64,000 bases of DNA from the IMG/VR virus record IMGVR_UViG_3300014204_000010, positions 1 through 64,000 of that record; one strand, written 5' to 3'. A model generated the notes under the pieces. That model was not told where the DNA came from and did no database searches. It was given only the letters and a program-made list of their open reading frames with translations. The DNA is from a virus. Taxonomy: Duplodnaviria; Caudoviricetes. This document shows positions 34,136 to 42,741 of the stretch, piece after piece; the stretch's first letter is position 1; every line of letters begins with the position of its first letter. The position numbers and the translations under genes were made by a program.

Positions 34136-35077
34136 ATGACTATGCTACTTAATACAGGTGACTGGCACATAACAGATCAGACACCGGAGAAAAGAACGGA
34201 TCCAGACTTTTTTGCTACTGTATTGGAGAAAGTAGACTTCCTTCTAAATACGGCTCACAAAGCAAATGCCATCATAGTCCAACCAGGAGACTTCTTCGAT
34301 ACAGCTCTAACTCCTTATGATGTCTTTGGTGAGGTATTGAGTCTTATCCGTTCTTATCCAAGTGTGAAGATACTAACTGTTCCGGGTCAGCATGACCTTC
34401 GTTACCGGCGGGAAAAGAAGATTCCGCTACTGGCTCTTAACCAAGCTTTCCCTGATAGAATCATTATTCTCCGGGAAACTCCTCATATCATAGGAGATAT
34501 TGCTTTTTATGGAGCAGGTTTTAATCGGCCCGTACCCCCGATCGTCAATGGAGATCACACTATTAACGTACTTGTCACCCACCGAATGATCATAAACAAT
34601 AAGAAGCTTTATCCGTCTCAGGGAAATTACGAAGTGGCTCATAGGTTTCTCCAAGATAATCCCTTTGATCTGATCGTGTCTGGAGACAATCATGAAGGAT
34701 TTATTGTACGGGATAAGGATAAAGTTCTCTTTAATATGGGAAGTTTGGTTCGGACAAGAACAGATCAGATGGAACATAAGCCCAGGGCAGTCTTGATGGA
34801 TCCTCTCTCCGAAGCGAGATGGACTATTATTGATGTACCCATCGAGCCAGCTGAAGACGTATTTGATGCCCGAAAGATCGAAAAGACCCAGGTAAAAAAT
34901 GAATTGCTGGAAGAGTACTATGAAAAAGTTAAGGCTATGAGGGATAGAACAACCAACAAAGAAGATCGGTTGTTTGATTACACAATTATCCTCACCGCTT
35001 ACATGAAGAACCCAGTAAACGATGTAAGTATAGATGTACAAAAAGAATTGACGGAGGCTTTGGAAGAAAATGAATGA
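34136..35077 (+). CDS. sbcD: SbcD/Mre11 metallophosphoesterase nuclease
   Basis: TGDWH, PGDFFD, PGQHD, THR, SGDNHE, NMGS. Confidence 0.92.
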   Translation: MTMLLNTGDWHITDQTPEKRTDPDFFATVLEKVDFLLNTAHKANAIIVQPGDFFDTALTPYDVFGEVLSLIRSYPSVKILTVPGQHDLRYRREKKIPLLALNQAFPDRIIILRETPHIIGDIAFYGAGFNRPVPPIVNGDHTINVLVTHRMIINNKKLYPSQGNYEVAHRFLQDNPFDLIVSGDNHEGFIVRDKDKVLFNMGSLVRTRTDQMEHKPRAVLMDPLSEARWTIIDVPIEPAEDVFDARKIEKTQVKNELLEEYYEKVKAMRDRTTNKEDRLFDYTIILTAYMKNPVNDVSIDVQKELTEALEENE

Positions 35078-35315
35078 TATCCTGGCAGAGTTAAAAAAGA
35101 TGAAGGATGATGTGGATATATCCAAGAACGAAGTATCTAAAGCAGAAGGAAGGAAAGAGGAGCTGTTCAACCGACTGCAAAAAGAATATGGAATGAAGTC
35201 TCTGGAAGTAGCCGAGAAACAGATAGAGGAACTGGTTAAAACCTCTTCAGACCTGGAAAAAGAGATTCGGTCAGAGCATAGCATCTTGAAAAACGACTAT
35301 AAGTGGGAGGAGTAA
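35070..35315 (+). CDS. Short coiled-coil protein, possible SbcC middle piece
   Basis: 81-aa heptad-rich ORF between sbcD and SbcC C-half. Confidence 0.6.
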   Translation: MNDILAELKKMKDDVDISKNEVSKAEGRKEELFNRLQKEYGMKSLEVAEKQIEELVKTSSDLEKEIRSEHSILKNDYKWEE

Positions 35316-35947
35316 TGGATAAAGTATTTGCCGATCTCGAAAAAGCAGGAGAGTTCCTTAAGGATAAGCAAGAGAGAAAGAAGTTCCTGGAGAAGCAGAT
35401 TAAAGTGTATGAGGATTCCCTCTCCGTCCTTACAAAGAAGAAAGCCACCCTTGATAAAGCTGTTATGGTGGCTCAAGTGGTAGCCCAGGATTTACAAAGT
35501 AGTTTAGAGGGTTATGTAAGTCAGATGGTGAGTCTTGCCTTAGCCGCCGTCTTCCCCGATCCTTACGAATTTGTCTTGAGATTTGAGAAGGGCAGAGGCA
35601 AGACGGGAGCGGAAATGCTGTTCAAAAAGGGAGAAAATGAAGGTCCCCCGATGAAAGTATCGGGCGGAGGACCTAAAGACATCGCTTCTCTTGCATTACG
35701 TCCGGTTGTATGGTCATTAAACCCTAATGAACCCTTCTTCTACTTGGATGAACCAGCCAAGTTTGTCTCCCGAGACCTACAGCAAAAGGTCTCCTTTATT
35801 ATAAAGGATATGAGTGACAAACTAGGCATACAATTCCTGATAAACAGTCATATCCCTGAAATCATCGAATCAGCGGATAAGGTTTTTGAAGTGGAGCAGG
35901 TCAATAGAGTATCAACTATCAAAGAGGTGGACTCCGGTGATATTTGA
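35315..35947 (+). CDS. sbcC: SbcC/Rad50-like ATPase, C-terminal half
   Basis: Coiled coil, SGGG signature, YLDEP Walker B, INSH H-loop. Confidence 0.85.
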   Translation: MDKVFADLEKAGEFLKDKQERKKFLEKQIKVYEDSLSVLTKKKATLDKAVMVAQVVAQDLQSSLEGYVSQMVSLALAAVFPDPYEFVLRFEKGRGKTGAEMLFKKGENEGPPMKVSGGGPKDIASLALRPVVWSLNPNEPFFYLDEPAKFVSRDLQQKVSFIIKDMSDKLGIQFLINSHIPEIIESADKVFEVEQVNRVSTIKEVDSGDI

Positions 35948-36173
35948 TCCAGCTATGGAAAGAAACTTGCTGGACTTTGATTATCTAATCATTCTCAGAA
36001 GTACTGGGGAAGTGATTGCGAAAGGGACTACAAAAGCCAATACTGCCGGTTATGCTTCGACGTATGCCAAACTTGAACAGAAAAACATTGTGAAATTGTA
36101 CGGTACGAATTCCGTTAAAGTGATTGTAGGAAAGGGTAGGTTTTCTAATCAGCTACAATTAGATATATTTTAA
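35937..36173 (+). CDS. Hypothetical protein ending in a clamp-binding-like QLDIF
   Basis: GTG start with GAGGTG SD; C-terminus NQLQLDIF. Confidence 0.6.
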   Translation: MIFDPAMERNLLDFDYLIILRSTGEVIAKGTTKANTAGYASTYAKLEQKNIVKLYGTNSVKVIVGKGRFSNQLQLDIF

Positions 36174-36183
36174 GGAGGTTGGA

Positions 36184-36972
36184 GTGAAAGGAATAATATT
36201 AGCTGGAGGTGCTGGTACAAGACTTTACCCCCTCACCAAAGTAATCTCAAAACAGCTCTTACCGGTTTTCAACAAACCAATGATTTACTACCCCTTAGCC
36301 ACTCTGATGTTGGCGGGGATTCATGAAATAATGATAATTACTACCCCAAGGGATTCCTTGACGTTCAAACGGTTGTTCAATGACATCTATGCAAAATGTG
36401 GTCTGATCATAAGGTGGATTGAACAAAGTAAACCAGAGGGAATTGCTCAAGCTTTGATTCTGGCTGAACCGTACCTTGACGGAGGTAGTTCTTGTCTTAT
36501 TCTCGGAGACAACTTGTTCTTTGGTTCGGGGATGACGGGATTAACAGAGAACTGCACCTCTTTGTTTAAAGGTGCCATCGTATTCGGATACCATGTTAGT
36601 AATCCACAAGATTACGGAGTTATTGAAATTGACAATGACGGTCATATCCTCAGTATCGAAGAGAAACCCAAGGAACCCAAATCGAACATAGCTGTTCCGG
36701 GAATTTACTTCTTTGATGGTTCTGCCCCAGAAAAAGCCAGAACATTGAAGAAGTCTGCCCGTGGAGAGTACGAGATAATTGACCTCATAAAGAAATATAT
36801 GGATGAAGACCGTTTGAGATTGGAAATAATGCCCCGAGGAATTGCTTGGTTAGATACCGGTTCTTATGAAAGCTTGCTTGAAGCCAGCAACTTCATAGCT
36901 ACCATTGAGCATAGACAAGGATTAAAAGTAGCCGACCTCGAAGAGATAGCAAGACTTAAACAGTTCATTTAG
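36184..36972 (+). CDS. rmlA: Glucose-1-phosphate thymidylyltransferase
   Basis: GIILAGGAGTRLYPLTK..SKQLLP..NKPMIYYPL, LGDN, EEKP, WLDTG. Confidence 0.95.
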   Translation: MKGIILAGGAGTRLYPLTKVISKQLLPVFNKPMIYYPLATLMLAGIHEIMIITTPRDSLTFKRLFNDIYAKCGLIIRWIEQSKPEGIAQALILAEPYLDGGSSCLILGDNLFFGSGMTGLTENCTSLFKGAIVFGYHVSNPQDYGVIEIDNDGHILSIEEKPKEPKSNIAVPGIYFFDGSAPEKARTLKKSARGEYEIIDLIKKYMDEDRLRLEIMPRGIAWLDTGSYESLLEASNFIATIEHRQGLKVADLEEIARLKQFI

Positions 36973-37270
36973 GTGGTACAAGAGCATTCTCATAGCATTG
37001 GATGGTAGCTTCCAATGCTCTCATGTATTCACCGACAGCTTTAAGATCATAAAGCTGTGCTTTTATGGTCTCCTCATCCAAACACTGATAACATACAGCC
37101 GTAATCTTATTGCAGATTACGGTTGTTTTATTTCTGTCTATCAAGGTTGGTACTGGTTTTACTGGGGATGGGCAATAGATTTTGGGTATTACTACTTTGG
37201 TTGTTTGGCACCCCATACATATCGGAAAGAATGCCATTGTAAATATCAGTATAATCCATACCTTCTTCAT
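36965..37270 (-). CDS. o-spanin (outer-membrane lipoprotein)
   Basis: Signal peptide with lipobox-like MGC, CPSPVKP Pro-rich region; overlaps i-spanin. Confidence 0.75.
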   Translation of the reverse strand: MKKVWIILIFTMAFFPICMGCQTTKVVIPKIYCPSPVKPVPTLIDRNKTTVICNKITAVCYQCLDEETIKAQLYDLKAVGEYMRALEATIQCYENALVPPK

Positions 37271-37538
37271 TTTTCTTCTCCGAAAGCTTTAGTCGGTTGA
37301 CTTCCTTCTCCCACTTGGATGCAAGGTTGCGGTACTTCTCCAGACTCTTATTATACACCCGAATCTCTTGCAAGTTTCCTTCCAAGGTTTTCTTCTCGGT
37401 TTGGGCAGCTGCCAGCTCTTTTCTTGCCTCAGATAAATCATCGTTTAAACCCTCATTCCGAAGATAAGCAAATCCTCCCACAATGAGTAGAAGGAAAACT
37501 AGACCGATGATGATATAAATCAAAATCCGATTGATCAT
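37128..37538 (-). CDS. i-spanin
   Basis: N-terminal transmembrane helix plus periplasmic coiled coil after endolysin. Confidence 0.8.
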   Translation of the reverse strand: MINRILIYIIIGLVFLLLIVGGFAYLRNEGLNDDLSEARKELAAAQTEKKTLEGNLQEIRVYNKSLEKYRNLASKWEKEVNRLKLSEKKNEEGMDYTDIYNGILSDMYGVPNNQSSNTQNLLPIPSKTSTNLDRQK

Positions 37539-38153
37539 TTACCAGTACCTCATGGATTCTAAAGACTTGTCAAAGAGTTTAGCGAAGTCGTATATCTTTT
37601 CACTGTACCTGTAATTAACCGAGCAGAGATCAAGGGGACCGCTTTTTAACTGAATAATCTTGCGTTTACATGCTTGTCTCATTTCAAAATGGGATAAGAC
37701 TTCTGCCCGTTGATATTCCTTATAGAGATTTGCTTTCCCTCCATTGTAAATCTGATAATCTACCCACAAAGGCTTATGTCCCCAATTCTCTTTCTTGTGG
37801 ATATGACTGATGTAGAAAGCTTGGGCATTAATAGCTTGAGCAGGATTAGAGGGAAGAAAAGGGGACTTCATTAAAGTGGATACATATTTAGCAGTCGAAG
37901 GCATGAATTGGGCTACACCAGTTCCCCCATCGAATGCTGTAATGTTTCGGCAGTTACTCTCCACCTTTAATTGAGCTAAACCAAACTTCCAAGGATAAGC
38001 AGGTCCTAAATACTTTTGATGACTCTTTCGAACGGCAAGTCGGTAGGATTCACAGCGGTCTTGGGCTAAGACAATCGAAGGGATTATCCACCAAAGGACC
38101 AAGCAAGCATAAATCCAAGGTAGATACTTATGATAAGCAGATTGTTTGACCAT
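37539..38153 (-). CDS. Endolysin, soluble lytic transglycosylase family, with N-terminal signal/SAR segment
   Basis: QLKVES catalytic Glu, GVAQFMPSTA, YNGG; hydrophobic N-terminus. Confidence 0.88.
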   Translation of the reverse strand: MVKQSAYHKYLPWIYACLVLWWIIPSIVLAQDRCESYRLAVRKSHQKYLGPAYPWKFGLAQLKVESNCRNITAFDGGTGVAQFMPSTAKYVSTLMKSPFLPSNPAQAINAQAFYISHIHKKENWGHKPLWVDYQIYNGGKANLYKEYQRAEVLSHFEMRQACKRKIIQLKSGPLDLCSVNYRYSEKIYDFAKLFDKSLESMRYW

Positions 38154-38401
38154 TCTTTTTCACTCTTGAAGGTGATGTATCGGAAGGCTAGTTTACGGAC
38201 TATGTGAGCATTGGCAAAACCAGCATTTACATACAAAGCTTTGGACAAGAATAATGTCCAGAATGCAATCTTCGGATTGATATTGTCGGATTCCAAATAC
38301 TCCGGGGGGATTAGACCTATCAGTAATAGAATTACGATGAAGACTGCTAAGGGGATGGATATGCGGTAAAGTTCCTCTCTTATAGTTTTAAATGTCTTCA
38401 T
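38084..38401 (-). CDS. Putative holin
   Basis: 105 aa, about three hydrophobic segments, directly upstream of endolysin. Confidence 0.7.
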   Translation of the reverse strand: MKTFKTIREELYRISIPLAVFIVILLLIGLIPPEYLESDNINPKIAFWTLFLSKALYVNAGFANAHIVRKLAFRYITFKSEKEWSNNLLIISIYLGFMLAWSFGG

Positions 38402-38819
38402 TCTTGGCTCCTATTATCTCAAAAGGTTCGGATTCAAAAGAGTAGGTAACTTTCTTCATCACGGTAGGTTGGTAGATTAAAGTTATACGAAGTCGGTATT
38501 TCCCAGTATGACATAAACCTTTGGGTAGCTTCAGTTCCTGTATCAGCACCCCCTTACCTGTAGGTAAATTAGAACGAAGAGGTGGATAAATCAGGGTGTA
38601 GTCGTTTACCAGTTGTCTTATGATCTCTCCGGAGAAAGGTTCCTTCTTGTCGTAAACCAATTTGTAGACAATAGAACCACCCATCTTGATGTCCCCTCTG
38701 TTCATAATCTGAATGGGTTGTGTAACATCTATCACAGTAAATGGCCAAAAACTCAGGTACAGTACAAAAATGTACGTTATACCCACCAGAACTAATACAG
38801 CCTTAAGCATCTGTTTCAT
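38388..38819 (-). CDS. Membrane-anchored protein of the lysis region
   Basis: One N-terminal TM then beta-rich domain. Confidence 0.6.
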   Translation of the reverse strand: MKQMLKAVLVLVGITYIFVLYLSFWPFTVIDVTQPIQIMNRGDIKMGGSIVYKLVYDKKEPFSGEIIRQLVNDYTLIYPPLRSNLPTGKGVLIQELKLPKGLCHTGKYRLRITLIYQPTVMKKVTYSFESEPFEIIGAKNEDI

Positions 38820-39091
38820 TTTTTCTTGATTACCTCCATAACTTTCCCATCTTCAAACACATGACCATGGAAATTACTGTTATCCCACAGTTGACGATGG
38901 GCTTCCAAGTTTTCTTCGGCAATACACTCGACTCTACCACGTAGAGTCTCTAATCTTTCTTTAACCATGGTTTCATCGGCTTTGCTAGCAACCTGAGCTT
39001 TAAGGGAGGAAATCTCGTTCTTCGCAAGGTATCCGGCAATAGCCATAAGAATCGTGTTTAAGACAACAATTAACGTACTAGGTTCTACCAT
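38816..39091 (-). CDS. Small membrane protein (TM plus coiled coil), holin/antiholin-like
   Basis: LIVVLNTILMAIAGYLA then coiled coil. Confidence 0.55.
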   Translation of the reverse strand: MVEPSTLIVVLNTILMAIAGYLAKNEISSLKAQVASKADETMVKERLETLRGRVECIAEENLEAHRQLWDNSNFHGHVFEDGKVMEVIKKK

Positions 39092-39135
39092 TGGCCCGCC
39101 CCCATGATAATACCTTTCAAGAGATGTAAGTTTGT

Positions 39136-41256
39136 TTAGGTTTCCTTTATAACATCATCAATAATCCTTAAGGTGAGCTTCATGGCTGTCAAGTGCTGAT
39201 CACCCTGGGTCAGTTCTATCTCTGCTTTGTAACGACCGACAGAAGCCGTATCCACGGCAGTTAAGTCTATATAGCATTGACCAAGCGTTGCGTCCGTCCA
39301 AACACAATTCTTAGGACCGATTGCATAAGTCACATCATCAAGGGAAACCTTTGCCGCAAAAGCAGCAGTCCAACCGGAATAGTCATCCTCCAGATCAATC
39401 ACAATTCTCGGAGTGTCTCCACGCACAATCTCTACAGTTTGACTGGCTACGGCTACGGCTGAATAAACCTGACCTTGAATGGCTGGGAGAGTATATGTAG
39501 CTCCCCACAGACCCTCTCCATGAGTAGAAGAAAGCTGTTCGTCTATCTCTTCGACGGAAGCTCCCCCTCCTCCCCCACCACCAGCAGGAGCATTATATAA
39601 AGAATCCTCGGTGAAGCGACTATTCTCTCCATCAGCTTCTAACATGGTGTCCAACTTATCTAAAATGGAAGCCATTGCTTCTTGAACAGCTTCGGTTGCC
39701 AATGATGCTACAGCCGAAGCGATTGCAGCTATTGTGGCATTATCCGGTGCTGTGTAAGCTCCTGATGCCAGACGTGAGGTGATAGTAGCATCCAATTTAG
39801 CTAAGCGGGTATCGGTAGTCAACAAAGGATTTGTGGGTATATTATTGACGCTCGTTTGACTTGCCGCCGACTTTGCAGCATCGTAGGCACTACTCAAAGT
39901 GGCATTACTCACAGTAGGTTGTGTGGTGAAAGCTTTTACGTCGGCTGGTAGATTACCGGAAACATCCCCAGCAGCCAAACTTACCGCTCTCTTTGCACTA
40001 ATGAGCTGATCAAGGAAAGCTGCTTTGGCGTTTGTCCAGACCGTATTGTCCAGAGCTGATGAAGCATTGGCTTTGGAGTCGATCAATGTCTTCAGAGCGG
40101 ATAGACCACATATCGCATCCTCCAACAGATCATTGATCGCTGTTATTGTAGTATTGTCGGGGGCAGTGGTAGGTAAATCCCCTATGGCATCAATGATTGC
40201 CGCAAGACTGCTTCCTGCTGCTTCTATGGTTGTCTTTATAGCTGTAAGAGCCGTATCGTTGGGGGCATCTATTAAATTCATTTTGTCCCCGGCTTGTGCT
40301 GCCGTCTTTGCAGCATCGTAGGCTTCATCGAGGGTAACTCCGGTTACAGTGGGCTGAACAGTGTAAGCTTTAACGTCTGCCGGAAGGTTACCTGATACAT
40401 CTGCGGCTGCAAGAGTATCAGGAGATTTGGCTACTGCCGCACCGGCCGCATGTCTTGTGCTGATCGCTGCGTCCAGATAATCTTTGATCAATTTTCCTAT
40501 GCTGCCGACCGCCGTAATACCGGTAAGCAAAGATTCCCAGATCGCTGCCGCCATTGCTGTGGCAAACGTACTGCTTTTGAGGATGAGATCGGCACCGGTG
40601 GAAGCTAGAGAGAATCCGGTCTTGTCAGATACAGCTACACTCTGTCCATCTGTTAAGTCTACTGTTTGGCTGAGCTTTGTACCGTTAGTGGTGGGGAGTG
40701 CTCCGGCTGTTCCGGGAACACCGTCAGGTAAACTGTTTATCGTACCTGTAGGACTGGCTTTATCAAAGAATTTCTTAAAGGCAGCTGCAATACGTCCACC
40801 GGCTGTTTCAGTTAAAGCCGTATTAAGGATTTTACTTACACTTACTCCAGTTGCTCCAGAAAGAGCGTCGATTAGGGTTTTTACCGCTGAATTTCCGTAA
40901 GTTCCGTTACTGACGACAGCATAAGCATCTCCGCTTTGGACGGCCCTTATCTGGAAAACATGGGATTCAATAGCCGATACGGAATCTACCGTAGCTTTCA
41001 CCAAGACGACATAGATTTTACCTCGTTCGAAACCTGCTGCGGCAGTAAGTTGCCGTCTACCATAGTAGAAACCAACTACTGTATCAAAGGGTGTTGCGGG
41101 AGTCATGTCCACATCTTCATCTATTCCAGTTGTGTTACCCTCTTCATAGATTGAATAAGTAAGAACGGTTGCTGCATAGGCAGCTCCTGAGGAAAACCGA
41201 TGGGCTACTACCGGAATGGGTACATATTCGTCTATGTCATAAATTCCCAGATACAT
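39136..41256 (-). CDS. Virion structural or tail-fibre-like protein with internal repeats and BppU-like C-terminal domain
   Basis: Ala/Thr-rich; duplicated LAA.DVSGNLPADVKA.T.QPTV...AYDAAK; C-terminal IVRGDTP...GRYKAEIEL. Confidence 0.6.
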   Translation of the reverse strand: MYLGIYDIDEYVPIPVVAHRFSSGAAYAATVLTYSIYEEGNTTGIDEDVDMTPATPFDTVVGFYYGRRQLTAAAGFERGKIYVVLVKATVDSVSAIESHVFQIRAVQSGDAYAVVSNGTYGNSAVKTLIDALSGATGVSVSKILNTALTETAGGRIAAAFKKFFDKASPTGTINSLPDGVPGTAGALPTTNGTKLSQTVDLTDGQSVAVSDKTGFSLASTGADLILKSSTFATAMAAAIWESLLTGITAVGSIGKLIKDYLDAAISTRHAAGAAVAKSPDTLAAADVSGNLPADVKAYTVQPTVTGVTLDEAYDAAKTAAQAGDKMNLIDAPNDTALTAIKTTIEAAGSSLAAIIDAIGDLPTTAPDNTTITAINDLLEDAICGLSALKTLIDSKANASSALDNTVWTNAKAAFLDQLISAKRAVSLAAGDVSGNLPADVKAFTTQPTVSNATLSSAYDAAKSAASQTSVNNIPTNPLLTTDTRLAKLDATITSRLASGAYTAPDNATIAAIASAVASLATEAVQEAMASILDKLDTMLEADGENSRFTEDSLYNAPAGGGGGGGASVEEIDEQLSSTHGEGLWGATYTLPAIQGQVYSAVAVASQTVEIVRGDTPRIVIDLEDDYSGWTAAFAAKVSLDDVTYAIGPKNCVWTDATLGQCYIDLTAVDTASVGRYKAEIELTQGDQHLTAMKLTLRIIDDVIKET

Positions 41257-41259
41257 TTT

Positions 41260-42381
41260 TTACCTCACTATTGAACCACCTAAAACGGGGAGACCACCAC
41301 CTCCACCTGCTCCTGCACCATCACTAAATCCACATATCATTAATCCAGCCGCTATCCTTCTGGTTAAAGTTTCCTCCGCCCATGCTCCGCCGTCTACTCT
41401 CGACGTATAGCGGAAATTGATGCCCCCATCTATAGCTTGCCAATAATTGCGTGTATTAACATCCAAATAAGGAAGAGCAATATTGGTTGCGGTATCAGCA
41501 CGAAGACTTAAATAAAAATCAGTATTTGCCGGAATATCTACTACGGAGCTAAAAGGAGCAATGGTAATATCATTTGACGACCATGCTCTATTAGCAGCGG
41601 TCATACCTGAAGTTACTGTTGTTTCTCCACAGGTTAAAATGATCGAATTGTTACCATCAAAATCGGCCATAACCCAGGCACCATCGGCCCTTACAGGGAA
41701 AGGAAATTGACCAACCAAAGCGTATTCATCAGGATTAGAACCGCTGTTATAGGTTAAAACACCAGTAGCCGAAAATATAGTTGAAGTTATTAAAGTTCCG
41801 TAAGTTCCATCATCAAAGCAAAGAACTATGTTCGGGGTTCTTGCTAAGGCAAAAGACCAAGTTCCCGTATAAAGTCCTACAAGTTCTTGTGCATACTTAA
41901 CACCCCAACCAGAATCTGTGCGTCCTGCAATATTTATTACATCACCTGCATTAAACGTCTGGAACTCCAACACCACACAAACAATTTCTCCGGGATTAAC
42001 GGTCCTTGTTGCAGATAAATTTCCAGTTTCTACCCAAGCATCAGCAGTCATGTTATCCGTACCGTTTACCATGTCGTAATATTGATCTTGAGTTCCATCT
42101 GGGGCAAGACCGACTCCAGATATATTTTGCAGAGATATTCTAACGGCGGTAGGCGTCCCTCCTGCTGTCACAGTCATGGTAGAACCCCATTTAAAACCAA
42201 TCTTCTGTATGTTTTTAGAGGTTCTATCTTTCGTAAACACTTTGCCCGAAATTGATATTTTCTCCGTTGCGGTGCGCAATGGCCCAATATCTCCAAAAGC
42301 AAATTTCGTTAGATTATCATAAGAAAACCACTTCCAACTAGGTATAATGACCCCTATACCGGGAATATTCTGGTAAGCCAT
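41260..42381 (-). CDS. Tail-associated beta-rich protein
   Basis: 373 aa, Gly/Thr/aromatic-rich, in tail gene block. Confidence 0.55.
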   Translation of the reverse strand: MAYQNIPGIGVIIPSWKWFSYDNLTKFAFGDIGPLRTATEKISISGKVFTKDRTSKNIQKIGFKWGSTMTVTAGGTPTAVRISLQNISGVGLAPDGTQDQYYDMVNGTDNMTADAWVETGNLSATRTVNPGEIVCVVLEFQTFNAGDVINIAGRTDSGWGVKYAQELVGLYTGTWSFALARTPNIVLCFDDGTYGTLITSTIFSATGVLTYNSGSNPDEYALVGQFPFPVRADGAWVMADFDGNNSIILTCGETTVTSGMTAANRAWSSNDITIAPFSSVVDIPANTDFYLSLRADTATNIALPYLDVNTRNYWQAIDGGINFRYTSRVDGGAWAEETLTRRIAAGLMICGFSDGAGAGGGGGLPVLGGSIVR

Positions 42382-42383
42382 TG

Positions 42384-42623
42384 TTACACCTTAAATTCTT
42401 TTGTATTTATACTGCTAACAATTTTACCCCAGTCTGTTTCTCCAGATACCTTTATATTTGTCTTCAGATTGTGTAGAACTATATCAAACCTACCTTCTAA
42501 AGAAGGTATTTCAGACAGGAGATCATCCTTTGTAGTTACATACGTCCTAGTTTCTCCATCTATCTCAAGATTAATGGATATATGGAGACCGCAATCAAGT
42601 AACGAAATAGTTGCCTTTGCCAT
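42384..42623 (-). CDS. Hypothetical protein
   Basis: 79 aa, AGGAG SD. Confidence 0.6.
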   Translation of the reverse strand: MAKATISLLDCGLHISINLEIDGETRTYVTTKDDLLSEIPSLEGRFDIVLHNLKTNIKVSGETDWGKIVSSINTKEFKV

Positions 42624-42741
42624 CTAACACTCCTACAATCGTGCTTGTGTCCTGTTTAATTTGATGTTGATCTATTTTGGCGACATAGCATAAATGTTTA
42701 AAAAATTCAAGGAAAATCCGCACTTACAAAAATCTTATTTC

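Noticed and set aside
34427-35284. 285-aa - strand ORF opposite sbcD
   Set aside because: Phe/Ile/Ser-rich shadow of an A-rich coding strand; no recognisable domain
42660-42710. Possible - strand promoter TTGAAT-17-TATGTC in the largest late intergenic gap
   Set aside because: The -10 lacks the conserved final T; too weak to call
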